From Ginkgo biloba (Eukaryota > Plantae > Ginkgophyta), in assembly GCA_024626585.2 (NCBI GenBank), contig JANKJI020000004.1, positions 63,537,678-63,562,973 of the forward strand: DNA of 25,296 nt, read 5' to 3'. The notes beneath the pieces were generated by a model, which was not told the origin of the DNA, ran no database searches, and was given only the letters and a program-made list of their open reading frames with translations. The translations under genes were made by a program, and so were the position numbers. This document shows, one piece after another, positions 1 to 10,963 of the stretch; positions within the stretch are counted from its first letter, which is position 1; every line of letters begins with the position of its first letter.

Positions 1-880
1 ATCACACCACACTAGATCATGGTAGTTTTTGATATGGAATGATACCAAGAATCTCTCTTTAATTGTGATCTACACTCCTTTATTAAACTAACAAATTATG
101 TATGGTACATCATTTCTCTATTATGGAAAACTCACCTTATCAACCATCTCCTCTGACAACATATTTTCATAGATACCCCTATCAATGATTACCTTCCATC
201 ATTTACCTTTGGATATGCANNNNNNNNNNNNNNNNNNNNNNAATTCCTTTTTCTTTTCTTTATGTCATTTTTTAGCTCCCATTCATCATTATTATATCTC
301 CTATTGGTGCTTGATTTATTTCCTCCATTGGCTAACTGTCATTTTCTATTTATCAAATAACCACCTTCTCTATTTTTCACTTACCTCTTATTGATTATCA
401 TCTTACTTCTTTATCTACTTATCAACAATCCTTACTTACTTGATATATTTCTCTCTAACATCCTTGGGATCCTTGTCAATTTACCTTCCACCATCCTTTA
501 GTGATTTTTTTTCTACTCTTTATGTCTGCTAACTTATTTTTATCCTTTACCATCCATCTTCTTGATAACCTTGGTTGACTTGTTGGACTAATTTATTAAT
601 CGCTTGACTTTTCTACTCTTGATGGTAGGAGAATCCTATTTTCCATCAGGCTCTCAAACTTTTGTATCTCTAAAAACTCCATATTTTCCTGTCCATGGGC
701 TAAATTCACTCTTGGATCTTCCTATTTCATTATGTCATTAATTCTATATAGGTACTCAAATTCTCAGTGGCCCTCTATGCCACGCTTATAGAAATAATTT
801 TATCTTCCTAGCATAAAACCTCCTCTAGTAATTCCTCCTCTCTATCAAATGAATTAACTCCAACCCATTTTTAATTAAGT
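1..880 (-). mobile_element. Degenerate Ty3/gypsy (CRM-like chromovirus) gag C-terminus and aspartic protease fragment
   Basis: Manual minus-strand translation of 219->1 in one frame gives CISKGK*WKVIIDRGIYENMLSEEMVDKV...PYIIC*FNKGV*ITIKERFLVSFHIKNYHDLVWCD, matching the CRM-type protease consensus CK(V)IIDSGS.EN..S.EMV.KL..PY...W..KG..V...CLV.F.IG.Y.D.VWCD. Around 797->750 there is a decayed zinc knuckle FYKRGIEGH*EFEY (CX2CX4HX4C remnant), followed by ...ESLMENRILL. Multiple stops; runs off the window start. Confidence 0.85.
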
Positions 881-1103
881 GAAATATTCTCCTCTAGGAT
901 CATTAGTGGGTCACATTGGTATTTTAGAATCTCTGCATTCANNNNNNNNNNNNNNNNNNNNNNNNNNNNNNNNNNNNNNNNNNNNNNNNNNNNNNNNNNN
1001 NNNNNNNNNNNNNNNNNNNNNNTCTAATCTAATTAATTAACTATTCAACACACTTGATTATATGATATTATAATCTAACCTTAGAATATTCACACATTAT
1101 AAG

Positions 1104-1245
1104 TACACACACACATATTATATATATTTTTGTGTGTATATGTGTATATACATACATACATACATACATATATATATATGTATGTATGTATGTATACATA
1201 ATTATATATGTGTGTGTGTGTGTGTATATGTATATGTATATATAT
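1104..1245. repeat. Compound (CA/TA/TG/TACA/TATG)n microsatellite abutting an assembly gap
   Basis: Directly visible dinucleotide and tetranucleotide runs; these generate the spurious YIYIHT/CVCVYM ORFs. Confidence 0.95.
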
Positions 1246-1345
1246 NNNNNNNNNNNNNNNNNNNNNNNNNNNNNNNNNNNNNNNNNNNNNNNNNNNNNNN
1301 NNNNNNNNNNNNNNNNNNNNNNNNNNNNNNNNNNNNNNNNNNNNN

Positions 1346-2526
1346 GTTTAGTTACCACCTTCTTTTGGAAATAATGCTCTATATTGCTTACCTTGCACAC
1401 ACACTTGACAAAATGTCATCTCAGATCCATTATCAAGATCAAGGTCCAACACCCAAAATTGGTTTTTTATAAATTAGAGGCTTTGCATATTAACATTCCC
1501 AAGTATTTAATTCCATAAATATTCCTTATTGAGTTTATTTTTAGAAATTACTATAATAGCCTAAGATGGTGCTACTAAGGAGAATAGTTTATTCAATCTC
1601 CCCTCACACACTCCCTTTTCCATAACATCTCCTTTCTTGGTCTTAAGAAAATAGGAGTATGAGTTAAGATCCACTTTGAGACTTATGTATATAATTTTTC
1701 TAATAGATAGAATATTCTTAGTTAGACATAGAACATGTACAACATCATGCACATCGTTACACACTCCATTTATGAGTTACACTAAAACCATATTTTTACC
1801 ACTGATTTTATGACTATTGTCATATCCTAAAAATACCCTATGTACTTTTTAAATCTTAGAATAGGTAATAAATTATTCTCTATGAGATATTATGTGTTGA
1901 GATACTCTAGATTCAATCTACCATTTATCAAGGTTTTTTATAGTTATTCACAAAACTATAACAAAGAACTTATTCTCATAACTATTTGAAATAATATTTT
2001 ATTATAGTTTCTTCTCCTCAAGTTTTGCATCTACTGCCTTCATATGANNNNNNNNNNTAAAGTTCCTTGGATTATTACAATAGAATAAATTCCCTTTCTT
2101 ATTTATATAATATCATTCATTATTTATAGTCTCTAAAGTCATCTTCTTCATTTATGTGTTCTTCTTTCCTCTATTGTATAGGGAATTGGATGTCTCTAAT
2201 GTAGACCCATGCCATTTCATCTCATCTTCTCCTATATTAGTAATTCAATTACTATTTAGAGTGTAAGACCATTTTGAATACTAAGAGAGATAACTATATT
2301 TGCATATGACTCTAGAAGACTGGCCATAAGAGTCATAATGTTGTTATCCTTTGAAATAGATGACCCTACTACACCTAGTTAATTTGGAAGAGATATACAA
2401 TTATTTATGTATGCGGTAATTCATTCTCCCTCTTCCATATTTAATTAGAATAATTTTCTAAGAAAAATCATACTTATGTTGACATTATATCATTTAAATA
2501 GTTAAGATAAATTATCACATGCTTCC
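1346..2526 (-). mobile_element. Degenerate Ty1/copia gag (UBN2-type), protease and GAG-pre-integrase fragment
   Basis: Minus-strand translation: EACDNLS*LF...FLRKLF*LNMEEGE*ITAYIN...LGVVGSSIS...MTLMASLLESYANIVISL (copia gag); W*IESRVSQHI at ~1923-1890 (WYIDSGASQHM protease motif); DVVHVLCLTKNILSIRKI (DVLHVPGL.KNLLSV); LWN*ILGNVN and FCQVCVQGKQYRALFPK (GAG-pre-integrase LWH.RLGH..., C..C..GKQ.R..FP). Bounded by gaps on both sides. Confidence 0.9.
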
Positions 2527-3729
2527 NNNNNNNNNNNNNNNNNNNNNNNNNNNNNNNNNNNNNNNNNNNNNNNNNNNNNNNNNNNNNNNNNNNNNNNNNN
2601 NNNNNNNNNNNNNNNNNNNNNNNNNNNNNNNNNNNNNNNNNNNNNNNNNNNNNNNNNNNNNNNNNNNNNNNNNNNNNNNNNNNNNNNNNNNNNNNNNNNN
2701 NNNNNNNNNNNNNNNNNNNNNNNNNNNNNNNNNNNNNNNNNNNNNNNNNNNNNNNNNNNNNNNNNNNNNNNNNNNNNNNNNNNNNNNNNNNNNNNNNNNN
2801 NNNNNNNNNNNNNNNNNNNNNNNNNNNNNNNNNNNNNNNNNNNNNNNNNNNNNNNNNNNNNNNNNNNNNNNNNNNNNNNNNNNNNNNNNNNNNNNNNNNN
2901 NNNNNNNNNNNNNNNNNNNNNNNNNNNNNNNNNNNNNNNNNNNNNNNNNNNNNNNNNNNNNNNNNNNNNNNNNNNNNNNNNNNNNNNNNNNNNNNNNNNN
3001 NNNNNNNNNNNNNNNNNNNNNNNNNNNNNNNNNNNNNNNNNNNNNNNNNNNNNNNNNNNNNNNNNNNNNNNNNNNNNNNNNNNNNNNNNNNNNNNNNNNN
3101 NNNNNNNNNNNNNNNNNNNNNNNNNNNNNNNNNNNNNNNNNNNNNNNNNNNNNNNNNNNNNNNNNNNNNNNNNNNNNNNNNNNNNNNNNNNNNNNNNNNN
3201 NNNNNNNNNNNNNNNNNNNNNNNNNNNNNNNNNATAGATGTACATATATAGACAGTGCTAAAAAATGGGCATGCAAATATTGTAACACTCTTGTATATCA
3301 GTGCATGTGCAACTAAATTTCTAATACATTATCCATCAACTACAAGCATAGAATTTAAATTCCTATGTTGTAAATTAACTGGGTTTAACATTTTGAGTTG
3401 TATACTCCATCCTTAGATTTTAAATAATTTAGGCCTTACCTACACTATTTTGAATAAGTGTTGCTATATTATAGTCCTATTTAGTGATATCATTATTACC
3501 TACTACATAACACTTGGAATAGGAATATTATTGAAATATAAGATAAGTCTACTCTAATCCTAAAAAATTATTGATATGACTATGGTTGTCTCCCAACACA
3601 CCCCATTTTTGTTTCTCAATTTTGAGACCTCCCCTTTCTGAATGAATTTTAAGGAATCTAGATAAATTTTGATACTTGAGTGCATATTCTGAAGTGTCGC
3701 AAGCTCTTTAAAGGTTACATTAATGCTTT

Positions 3730-4727
3730 AATCCACCTTAGTGTGATACCTTATAATTTTATAGTACTTTGTGACATAGTATTTCTCAGGGAGTAGATCC
3801 TACAATAAACCTGATAAATCTGATTAAAATGCCTTAATAATTCTAAAGGGAAATTTGTGTTTTACTAAGAGTCACCACAAAATACCTTTTATTTTTCATA
3901 TATATATATATAGATAGATAAATAGATAGATAGATAGATATAAGGGTGATTTTCATGGGTTTGAATTCTATGTGTAGATTACAGGAATGTGACACATCAT
4001 AGGACCTCATTATCTCACTTCCTCCTACAACAACTTAAAGAAAATTTGAAGCGCAGGGTTGGTGAATAAGTCATAGTTCTCGATTTTACAATATCATGCC
4101 ATATGATAAACTTTTGCTGCATCTTCCTTCATGGTGATTTAAAAGGGATCCCAAGAAACTCTAAAAGAACACAAGCCTAGGATCCTTGAGATTCTTCCAC
4201 ATGTTAATATCATGGGTGCTCGCAGGGTCAGGGTCACAGGCAAAAAAGCTAGAGATCCAATTAACCCAAAGAGTTATAATCCCTGAAACCTTGAGATCAT
4301 ACCATGTGTTACATCTCAAGTGCTCTCTGGGCACACACTATTCCAAGAAATGGAAGGACAACCTCAAAAGGATGTGATATCATATTTTTTGAGATCATGC
4401 CATGTGTATGAATCTTGATTTCCCTTAGGATCACAAGAGAAGAAGGTTAAGGATGGTGCCGCAAAAGGATGCGATCCATGAAGTGATAGGATGTTACCAC
4501 ATGTTTCCATCTTAGTCATTCATGGATGTTAAAGGAAACAAAGGGAAAAATAAAAATGATAGACTTAAAGGTTACAAGATCATGCCACCTATGCGAATAT
4601 AAAAGGTTCTCAAGTTCATGTAAGGGGAAGGTTGAAGGAACATGGCTAAAGAACATTGCAAGGCTTGACCCCTTGAGATACTGCCATGAGTCTTAGTCTC
4701 GAATATCCTTGAGGATGGTTGATAGAA
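3730..4727 (+). repeat. ~1 kb direct repeat, copy 1 (LTR/UTR-like retroelement sequence)
   Basis: Colinear with 4913-5885, e.g. TAGATCCTACAA, CCTTAATAATTCTAAAGGGAAA, GGACCTCATTATCTC, TTGGTGAATAAGTCAT, CATTCATGGATGTTA and AGGATGGTTGATAGAA occur in both copies at an offset of ~1160-1185 bp. The 3' end falls in an N gap. Confidence 0.85.
3899..3942. repeat. (TA)n(GATA)n microsatellite
   Basis: TATATATATATAGATAGATAAATAGATAGATAGATAGATA; a shorter counterpart lies at ~5084-5104 in copy 2. Confidence 0.9.
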
Positions 4728-4912
4728 NNNNNNNNNNNNNNNNNNNNNNNNNNNNNNNNNNNNNNNNNNNNNNNNNNNNNNNNNNNNNNNNNNNNNNNNN
4801 NNNNNNNNNNNNNNNNNNNNNNNNNNNGTTTTTATGCCATTCCACCACTTGAATTCTAACTATTCGGAATGTTTTTTCAACCTATGAGTATCGATGAATC
4901 TCTCTTTTGGTT

Positions 4913-5902
4913 AATTCACCTTGGTATGATACCTTAGAATCTCATAGTACTCCATGAGTTCTTATTTCTTAGAGAATAGATCCTACAAATAAACCTAGTG
5001 AAGCTAATTAAAATTCCTTAATAATTCTAAAGGGAAAATTTTTATTTCACTAAGATTCGACACATAATACCTTTTATTTTTTGGATAGATATATATATAT
5101 ATAAGGGTTATTTTCATGAGTTTGAAGTCTATGTGAAGATTATGGGAATGTGACACATGGAAGGACCTCATTATCTCCCTTCCCCCCATGATAACATAAA
5201 GAAAATTTGAAGTAGACACTTGGTGAATAAGTCATGAGTCTAAAGATTATGAGATCATGCCACACAATAAAAATTTTCACATCTTCCTTCACAATAATTT
5301 AAAAGGGCTCCTAAGAAACTCCAAAACGAGCCTAGGATACCTAAGAAACTACCACATGTCAGGATCATAGGTGTTCATGGGGTCACAAGAAAAAAAGGTA
5401 GAGAGTTGGTCAACCCAGAGAGTCGCAATCCCATAAAACATAAGATTATTCCATGCGTTTCCATCTTGGGTGCCCTCTGGGAATACACTATTCCAAGAAA
5501 ATGAAGGACAACCTTGAAAGGATATGATATCACATTTTTTAATATCATACCATGTGTGTGAATCTTGAGCACCCTCAAGATCATAAGAGAAGAAGGTCAA
5601 AGATAGTACCACAAGAGGACGTGATCCCTGGGGTCACAAGATATTGCCACGTGTTTCCATCTCAGCCATTCATGGATGTTATAGGAAACAAAAGGGAAAT
5701 AAAAAATGGTGGATTCAAAGGTTACAATATCATACCACTTATGTGAATCTTGAAGGTTCTCGGGTTCACATAATAGAAAAGGATGAAGGAACATGGTTAT
5801 AGAACATTGTGAGGCATGCCCCCCCCTCCCCTAAGATGACACCATGTGTCTTAATATTAGATCTCCCTAAGGATGGTTGATAGAATGGAAATGGTCATTA
5901 CA
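4913..5902 (+). repeat. ~1 kb direct repeat, copy 2
   Basis: Diverged copy of 3730-4727. It ends near TGGTCATTACA (5892-5902), which resembles an LTR 3' terminus (..CA); the LTR interpretation is inference. Confidence 0.85.
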
Positions 5903-6262
5903 ATCATTCACAACCCTACAAGACCACAAAGCCATAGGTCTCCACCACATGTAGGGCTCATGTTCAAATAACCACCAATATTATCACACCCTTAAAATGA
6001 TGGTTTTTATTAAAGATGTGTATGTTGCCATTAATATGCACAAAAAGGATTGATTTATGATATCTCTGGAGACCACCCAAGTTTAAATTATAGGTGGAAT
6101 TAGTGTAGTAGGCTAAGATAATTTACAATCGAAGTATAATTGATCTAGAGCACCCCATAAGCATTGTCACAGGCTTTGAATTCTCACTGAATATAGTCAC
6201 AGGTTTGAGGTGTTTTGAGTTTTTTTTCAAAAGGGACAGGCAAAAGCTTGAGTTTGACCCCA

Positions 6263-6967
6263 ATGGCCCCCAAGGATGTTGTTGAGCTTCTTGCTATCTT
6301 CAAGTTACAATTAATAGACACCCATTTCGGGAGGGAGCTATTGGGTGATAAAAATCTAAATAATTATAATGACATATATCTCGTAGTAGAAGACGTGGAT
6401 AATCTTTTCGTAGAAAAAGAGGAACTCTCGGAGGATGACGCAGAGTACAGAAGTGATCTGATGTCTCTCAAAGCTGCAAGCCCACACAAAATAACTACCA
6501 AACTAGAAGTTTCCTTTGCAAGGACCTGTTCTTTCAAGCTATGAAACTATGTACTTTGGAGCGGGGACTCTTAGCGTCTCCCGCGGTTGTCTTGGCCATT
6601 ATAAGTGGATCAGTGTTCTGGGAATTGTACAAGATGCCGAGGCGAGATATGGTTTACAACACTAACGCAACCAAGGCCTTCTTGAAAGGGAAGGACATCA
6701 TGATGACGGTTCTGAAGGGCTGGGCCGAGCGCCTTGAAACCGTCAAGAAGAAGGCCAACTTGGACTACCCCATTTCACACTTTAGGAGGGGGGTCAAGAT
6801 TGGGATGTTGTTAATGAACCGATTGTATGGTGCAACAGACACTGACTACGTAAACCAGTATTGGATACCTTTGTTGGGGGAAATCATCATGAATGACAGG
6901 AAGCCAGGCCTCTCGGAGGTCCTCGCCTTCAATACACACAAATTGGGAGATTACCAAACTAGGTAGG
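6263..6967 (+). pseudogene. Retroelement-associated accessory ORF of unknown function, broken by one frameshift near 6510
   Basis: ORFs 6215-6544 and 6541-6966 join into one protein (MAPKDVVELL...HKITTKLEVF(L/P)CKDLFFQAMKLCTLE...MLLMNRLYGATDTDYVNQYWIPLLGEII) if 1 nt is restored at ~6510. The inverted paralog reads KVFPYKDLLMRAMK across this site. From memory, the C-terminal L.RLYG.......W.PL pattern resembles TE-linked hypothetical proteins of gymnosperm genomes. CpGs are retained. Confidence 0.65.
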
Positions 6968-9139
6968 NNNNNNNNNNNNNNNNNNNNNNNNNNNNNNNNN
7001 NNNNNNNNNNNNNNNNNNNNNNNNNNNNNNNNNNNNNNNNNNNNNNNNNNNNNNNNNNNNNNNNNNNACCAAAGAAATCATAAAATACAAGAATTCTACT
7101 CTAAATAAATTGAGCGCAATTAAATAGGGATGCTAACTTTCTATGCTATAACTATGCATCTGAATCTAGGAATTGGAGATTTTACTACTAAAAATTATCA
7201 TAGAATAAAATATTTACTTATCTATCTATGGGTACATTCAAAAGTCACTATCATTTAATAGGGTCCTGTCTAAGAAATACTACCAACTTCTATATAGTGG
7301 AAAACACCAAAATTGTCTGTCTTTAATATTATAATCAACATCCCTTTATACATCTCTAAAATCAAGCAATTTGTTGGGATAACTATCCACAACCAAAAGG
7401 AGTAGTTACCCATTACAATATAACTTTAAAAATATGTATCAGTCATACCAGTCACTAAATAACTAGTAAGTATATTATAAAAATCATTACTAGCCACTAA
7501 GTGGCTGGTAAGTCCCTTAGGTTCCAGTCACTATGAAAATTAATACACTTGAATAAAGAAATTTATACTAGAAGGAAGTAGCAGTGAAAGGATGGCTTGG
7601 GAGTGTAGTTGGGCTTGAAATCATATCTCGTTAGAGCAACCTTTAGTACCTTTGATGATCCATAGAAAATAATGATAGGCAAGAAAGTCACTTATCATAA
7701 AGTTTGATAAAGGTATGTCTTTATATTTCTCTATGTAATATTAATTATGTATGTAATAAATCTATGAATATTTCACATCCATCGCTATTTGATGTTAGTT
7801 TATTAGGTTTAATTATTACTTTATGTGTAAATTGTAGATTTATGACCTCATACTTATTATCTAAGAGTTGTATTCTTAAATAACCCATATAAATTGTATA
7901 AATTTAGATCACTTTCTATTCCTACCATTAGGCTTTGACTTCATTATTCCTTCAAATTTACTTATATTTTCAATCTTGGACTACAAATTTACCTCTTCCT
8001 TCACTTTTCATTACTAACACCCTCAATTTTGATTAATTCTTCTTACTTTCCTATAATCTTAGAACAAACTATCCATTTAATGTTGATTCTTAAATAGAAT
8101 TTTACTGGTTTTTTTAGAATGTTCAAATATTTCTCTTTATGATTCCTTATTCACTTCATACATTCAAATCCATTCCTAAGTGGGTAAATATTTCAAACTT
8201 AATAACTTCTCCATATTTTAATTATCAAAGGAATATACTTCTATACTTCTAATTTCTTGTAAGTTATATTCTCATTGGTCTATCATTTTCTCTTAACTAG
8301 AGTTTCCATATTACCCTTATTTTGATTCCCCTGTGTTTATGAAATGCCATTTTCTTAGATTATTTTATACTTAATATTTGATACCATTTTTTTCACGATT
8401 AGGATGAAAATTAGATTCTTGAGTATTATAAGACAATTTTATTTTCCATTTTTTGTCAACTTGTGATCAATTATCCATGAACATAATGTTAAAATTTTCA
8501 ATTTCCTTAAATTAAAATAAGTATAAAATGTTTGTAGATTCAAAATTCAATAAATTTCCTTTATTGTTTTCCTTATAGTTATAGATAAATCTCTCAAAGT
8601 TCCTAATTTTATTCCTTTTTTATTGGTTGTCATTGTCATTTGACAATTTGACAATATCTACCACCTTTTGACAATCTTGCACAATACTATAACTTTCACT
8701 ATTTATTTTGTCTAACTTATGACCCCTTTATCCTTACCTAGTTTATATAATTAAAATTTCATGTTTATGGTCCCTTCTTGATTCAAAATTATAAACTCTT
8801 TTACACTAGATGCCATGTTAAAACATGATCAAGTTTTTGTCATTTACCCTGATTAACCCAGTTTTCTTAGCCCAAAGTCAAATAAATTTTCACTTCAATT
8901 TTGTCTTCCTATCTACTTTTTCTTAGACTTTTATATTTAATATCATTTTACACATTGAAATTCATTTTGTGAGACATTATTTTTTGAATTTACTATTTTT
9001 CATATAGTCAAAATATTCCAAAAATATTCTCACTTTGAANNNNNNNNNNNNNNNNNNNNNNNNNNNNNNNNNNNNNNNNNNNNNNNNNNNNNNNNNNNNN
9101 NNNNNNNNNNNNNNNNNNNNNNNNNNNNNNNNNNNNNNN

Positions 9140-10311
9140 ATTTGTTAGGTCCTTCCCTTTCATGAAATCCGTAGTCATGTTTGTGTTGTACATCATGTTT
9201 ATCCATGACATTTTATATAGATCTATTAACATTGTTCAACTTATGATAGCCAAAGTCCCCTTGGGAGAAGCCAGGATTCATCATTCTAGTGTGAACTTTT
9301 TCATGGCTCTCATGAGCAGGTCTTTATAAGGGAAAACCTTGATTTTGGGTACTATTTTGTGTAATCTCAAGGCTTTGATTGAAAAGAGGTCATTTTTGTA
9401 GTCCACAAATNNNNNNNNNNNNNNNNNNNNNNNNNNNNNNNNNNNNNNNNNNNTCCCTATTCTACCACATAGTAGATATCATTGTAATTCTTTAGCTCTT
9501 TCTTGCCTAAGAACTCATTCCTTAAATGGGTTTTGATGAATTATAATTTGAAGATGGGGGAAATATCATAAGAAGTAGCCTTGGATCCATTAGGCCTATA
9601 TTTTAAATTTCTCTTCTTGGGCAATCACTTGAGAAGCATAATATTACCTTGGAGAGTCAATTATATGAGGACTCAAGGTTGCTTACAAAGTGATATGCAT
9701 CAAATTTCCTCTCGAATGGGTATGCCCTATGTTTCACCCCTACATCTTCTTTTACCTTTGAATTTAGGAAGACTTAGAGTATGGGGGAGATCCCTATCTT
9801 GCATGTGAACTTAAATGGCATTAAATCCATGGTTCCATAGGTGAGGCAACCTTTCTCCAGTTTGAATATTATCCCTATACGTGGTGGCATCTTGTAAGTC
9901 TAGGAACTCAAGATGTCTTAGTGGTCTTATTTTTACCCTCCAATGACCTCGAGGAGACCGAAGATTGGGATAGATGGCACTATCTCAAAGCATCTAGGAT
10001 TGTAGGACTTAGGGATTGGCCTCTATTTTCTTAATTTTCATTGAATGACTTACTGAGAGTAAGGGATCAAGATATATGGACTGATCTTGGTGTTTCTAAC
10101 CTCACGATATTTTATATCACTCTCCTCTCTTCCTTTATGACTTGCATAATTATGGGCCCATGAGATTGAGACACATGGTCGCATATCAGGTTCTCTAGGA
10201 CTCAGGGCCCTCTTCTCCCAAAATAAACACCAAGTGTTAGAACCCTTTTCCAAAATGAATACAAGGGGAGGGGACCTAAGATCTCACTATGTGTCACACC
10301 ATCGGGAAATA
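9140..10311 (-). mobile_element. Decayed inverted paralog of the 6263 ORF (9140-9600) plus upstream element sequence
   Basis: IDLYKMSWINMMYNTNMTTDFMKGKDL aligns with WELYKMPRRDMVYNTNATKAFLKGKDI. The reverse complement of 9460-9594 (ATCTTCAAATTATAATTCATCAAAACCCATTT...AATTACAATGATATCTAC) matches 6297-6390. Upstream (~9875-10190) it carries the same GAT...GCCAYRTG-type motif as the 1-kb repeat. Confidence 0.75.
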
Positions 10312-10856
10312 NNNNNNNNNNNNNNNNNNNNNNNNNNNNNNNNNNNNNNNNNNNNNNNNNNNNNNNNNNNNNNNNNNNNNNNNNNNNNNNNNNNNNNNNN
10401 NNNNNNNNNNNTATTCTTAATGAATGAGGTAATTCATTTTGCTTCTTAAGATTTTTTGTGCATTGAAATGGACTTTAAAGTAGTTAATGGATTTCAATAA
10501 GCAAATTCACTTTCAACCGTAACGTAGTAGGTATGTTAGTGAATTATTTACGTAAAAGCACAATAATTAGATGTGACTTGTAAAAAAAACCAAAGAAGAA
10601 ATGGACCCACGTCCTAAAGAGATTATTAAGTGAAGACAATCAAGATAAGTTTGTTAGGTTGGATGGTCTTATAAGAGGCATATGGTGCATTTATTAATTA
10701 GTATAAAATTAGTAGTGATGTTATATAGTACATTTATAAAATATTAGTGGATGAGGGAGCCAAAAAATCATGCCTACTTTGAACTTTCTTTTTGTCCTTT
10801 TCTTCAAAAGAAAGTTTTTCTACTTGATAGAAAATAAAAAAGTACAAAAGTGTTAA

Positions 10857-10963
10857 ATTTTGTCAACTCAACCCATAATGCATTCCCATTACTTTCTATA
10901 ATATCGATTGTATTTTGTCAACTCAACCCATAACGTATTCCCATTACTTTCTATAATAATGAT
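10857..10963. repeat. 55-bp tandem duplication (2 copies)
   Basis: ATTTTGTCAACTCAACCCATAAtGcATTCCCATTACTTTCTATAATA at 10857 and ATTTTGTCAACTCAACCCATAAcGtATTCCCATTACTTTCTATAATA at 10912. Confidence 0.95.

Noticed and set aside
1068-3316. Long ORFs in the track at 1068-1472 and 2502-3316, and similar X-rich ORFs elsewhere
   Set aside because: They are open only because of N runs or microsatellites.
7720-9038. Possible decayed LINE ORF1 on the minus strand
   Set aside because: The strand bias is suggestive, but I could not recover any diagnostic motif.
10857-10963. CRISPR-like repeat interpretation of this duplication or of the ~100-bp-spaced motif
   Set aside because: Eukaryotic TE context, only two adjacent copies or highly degenerate motifs, and no cas genes.
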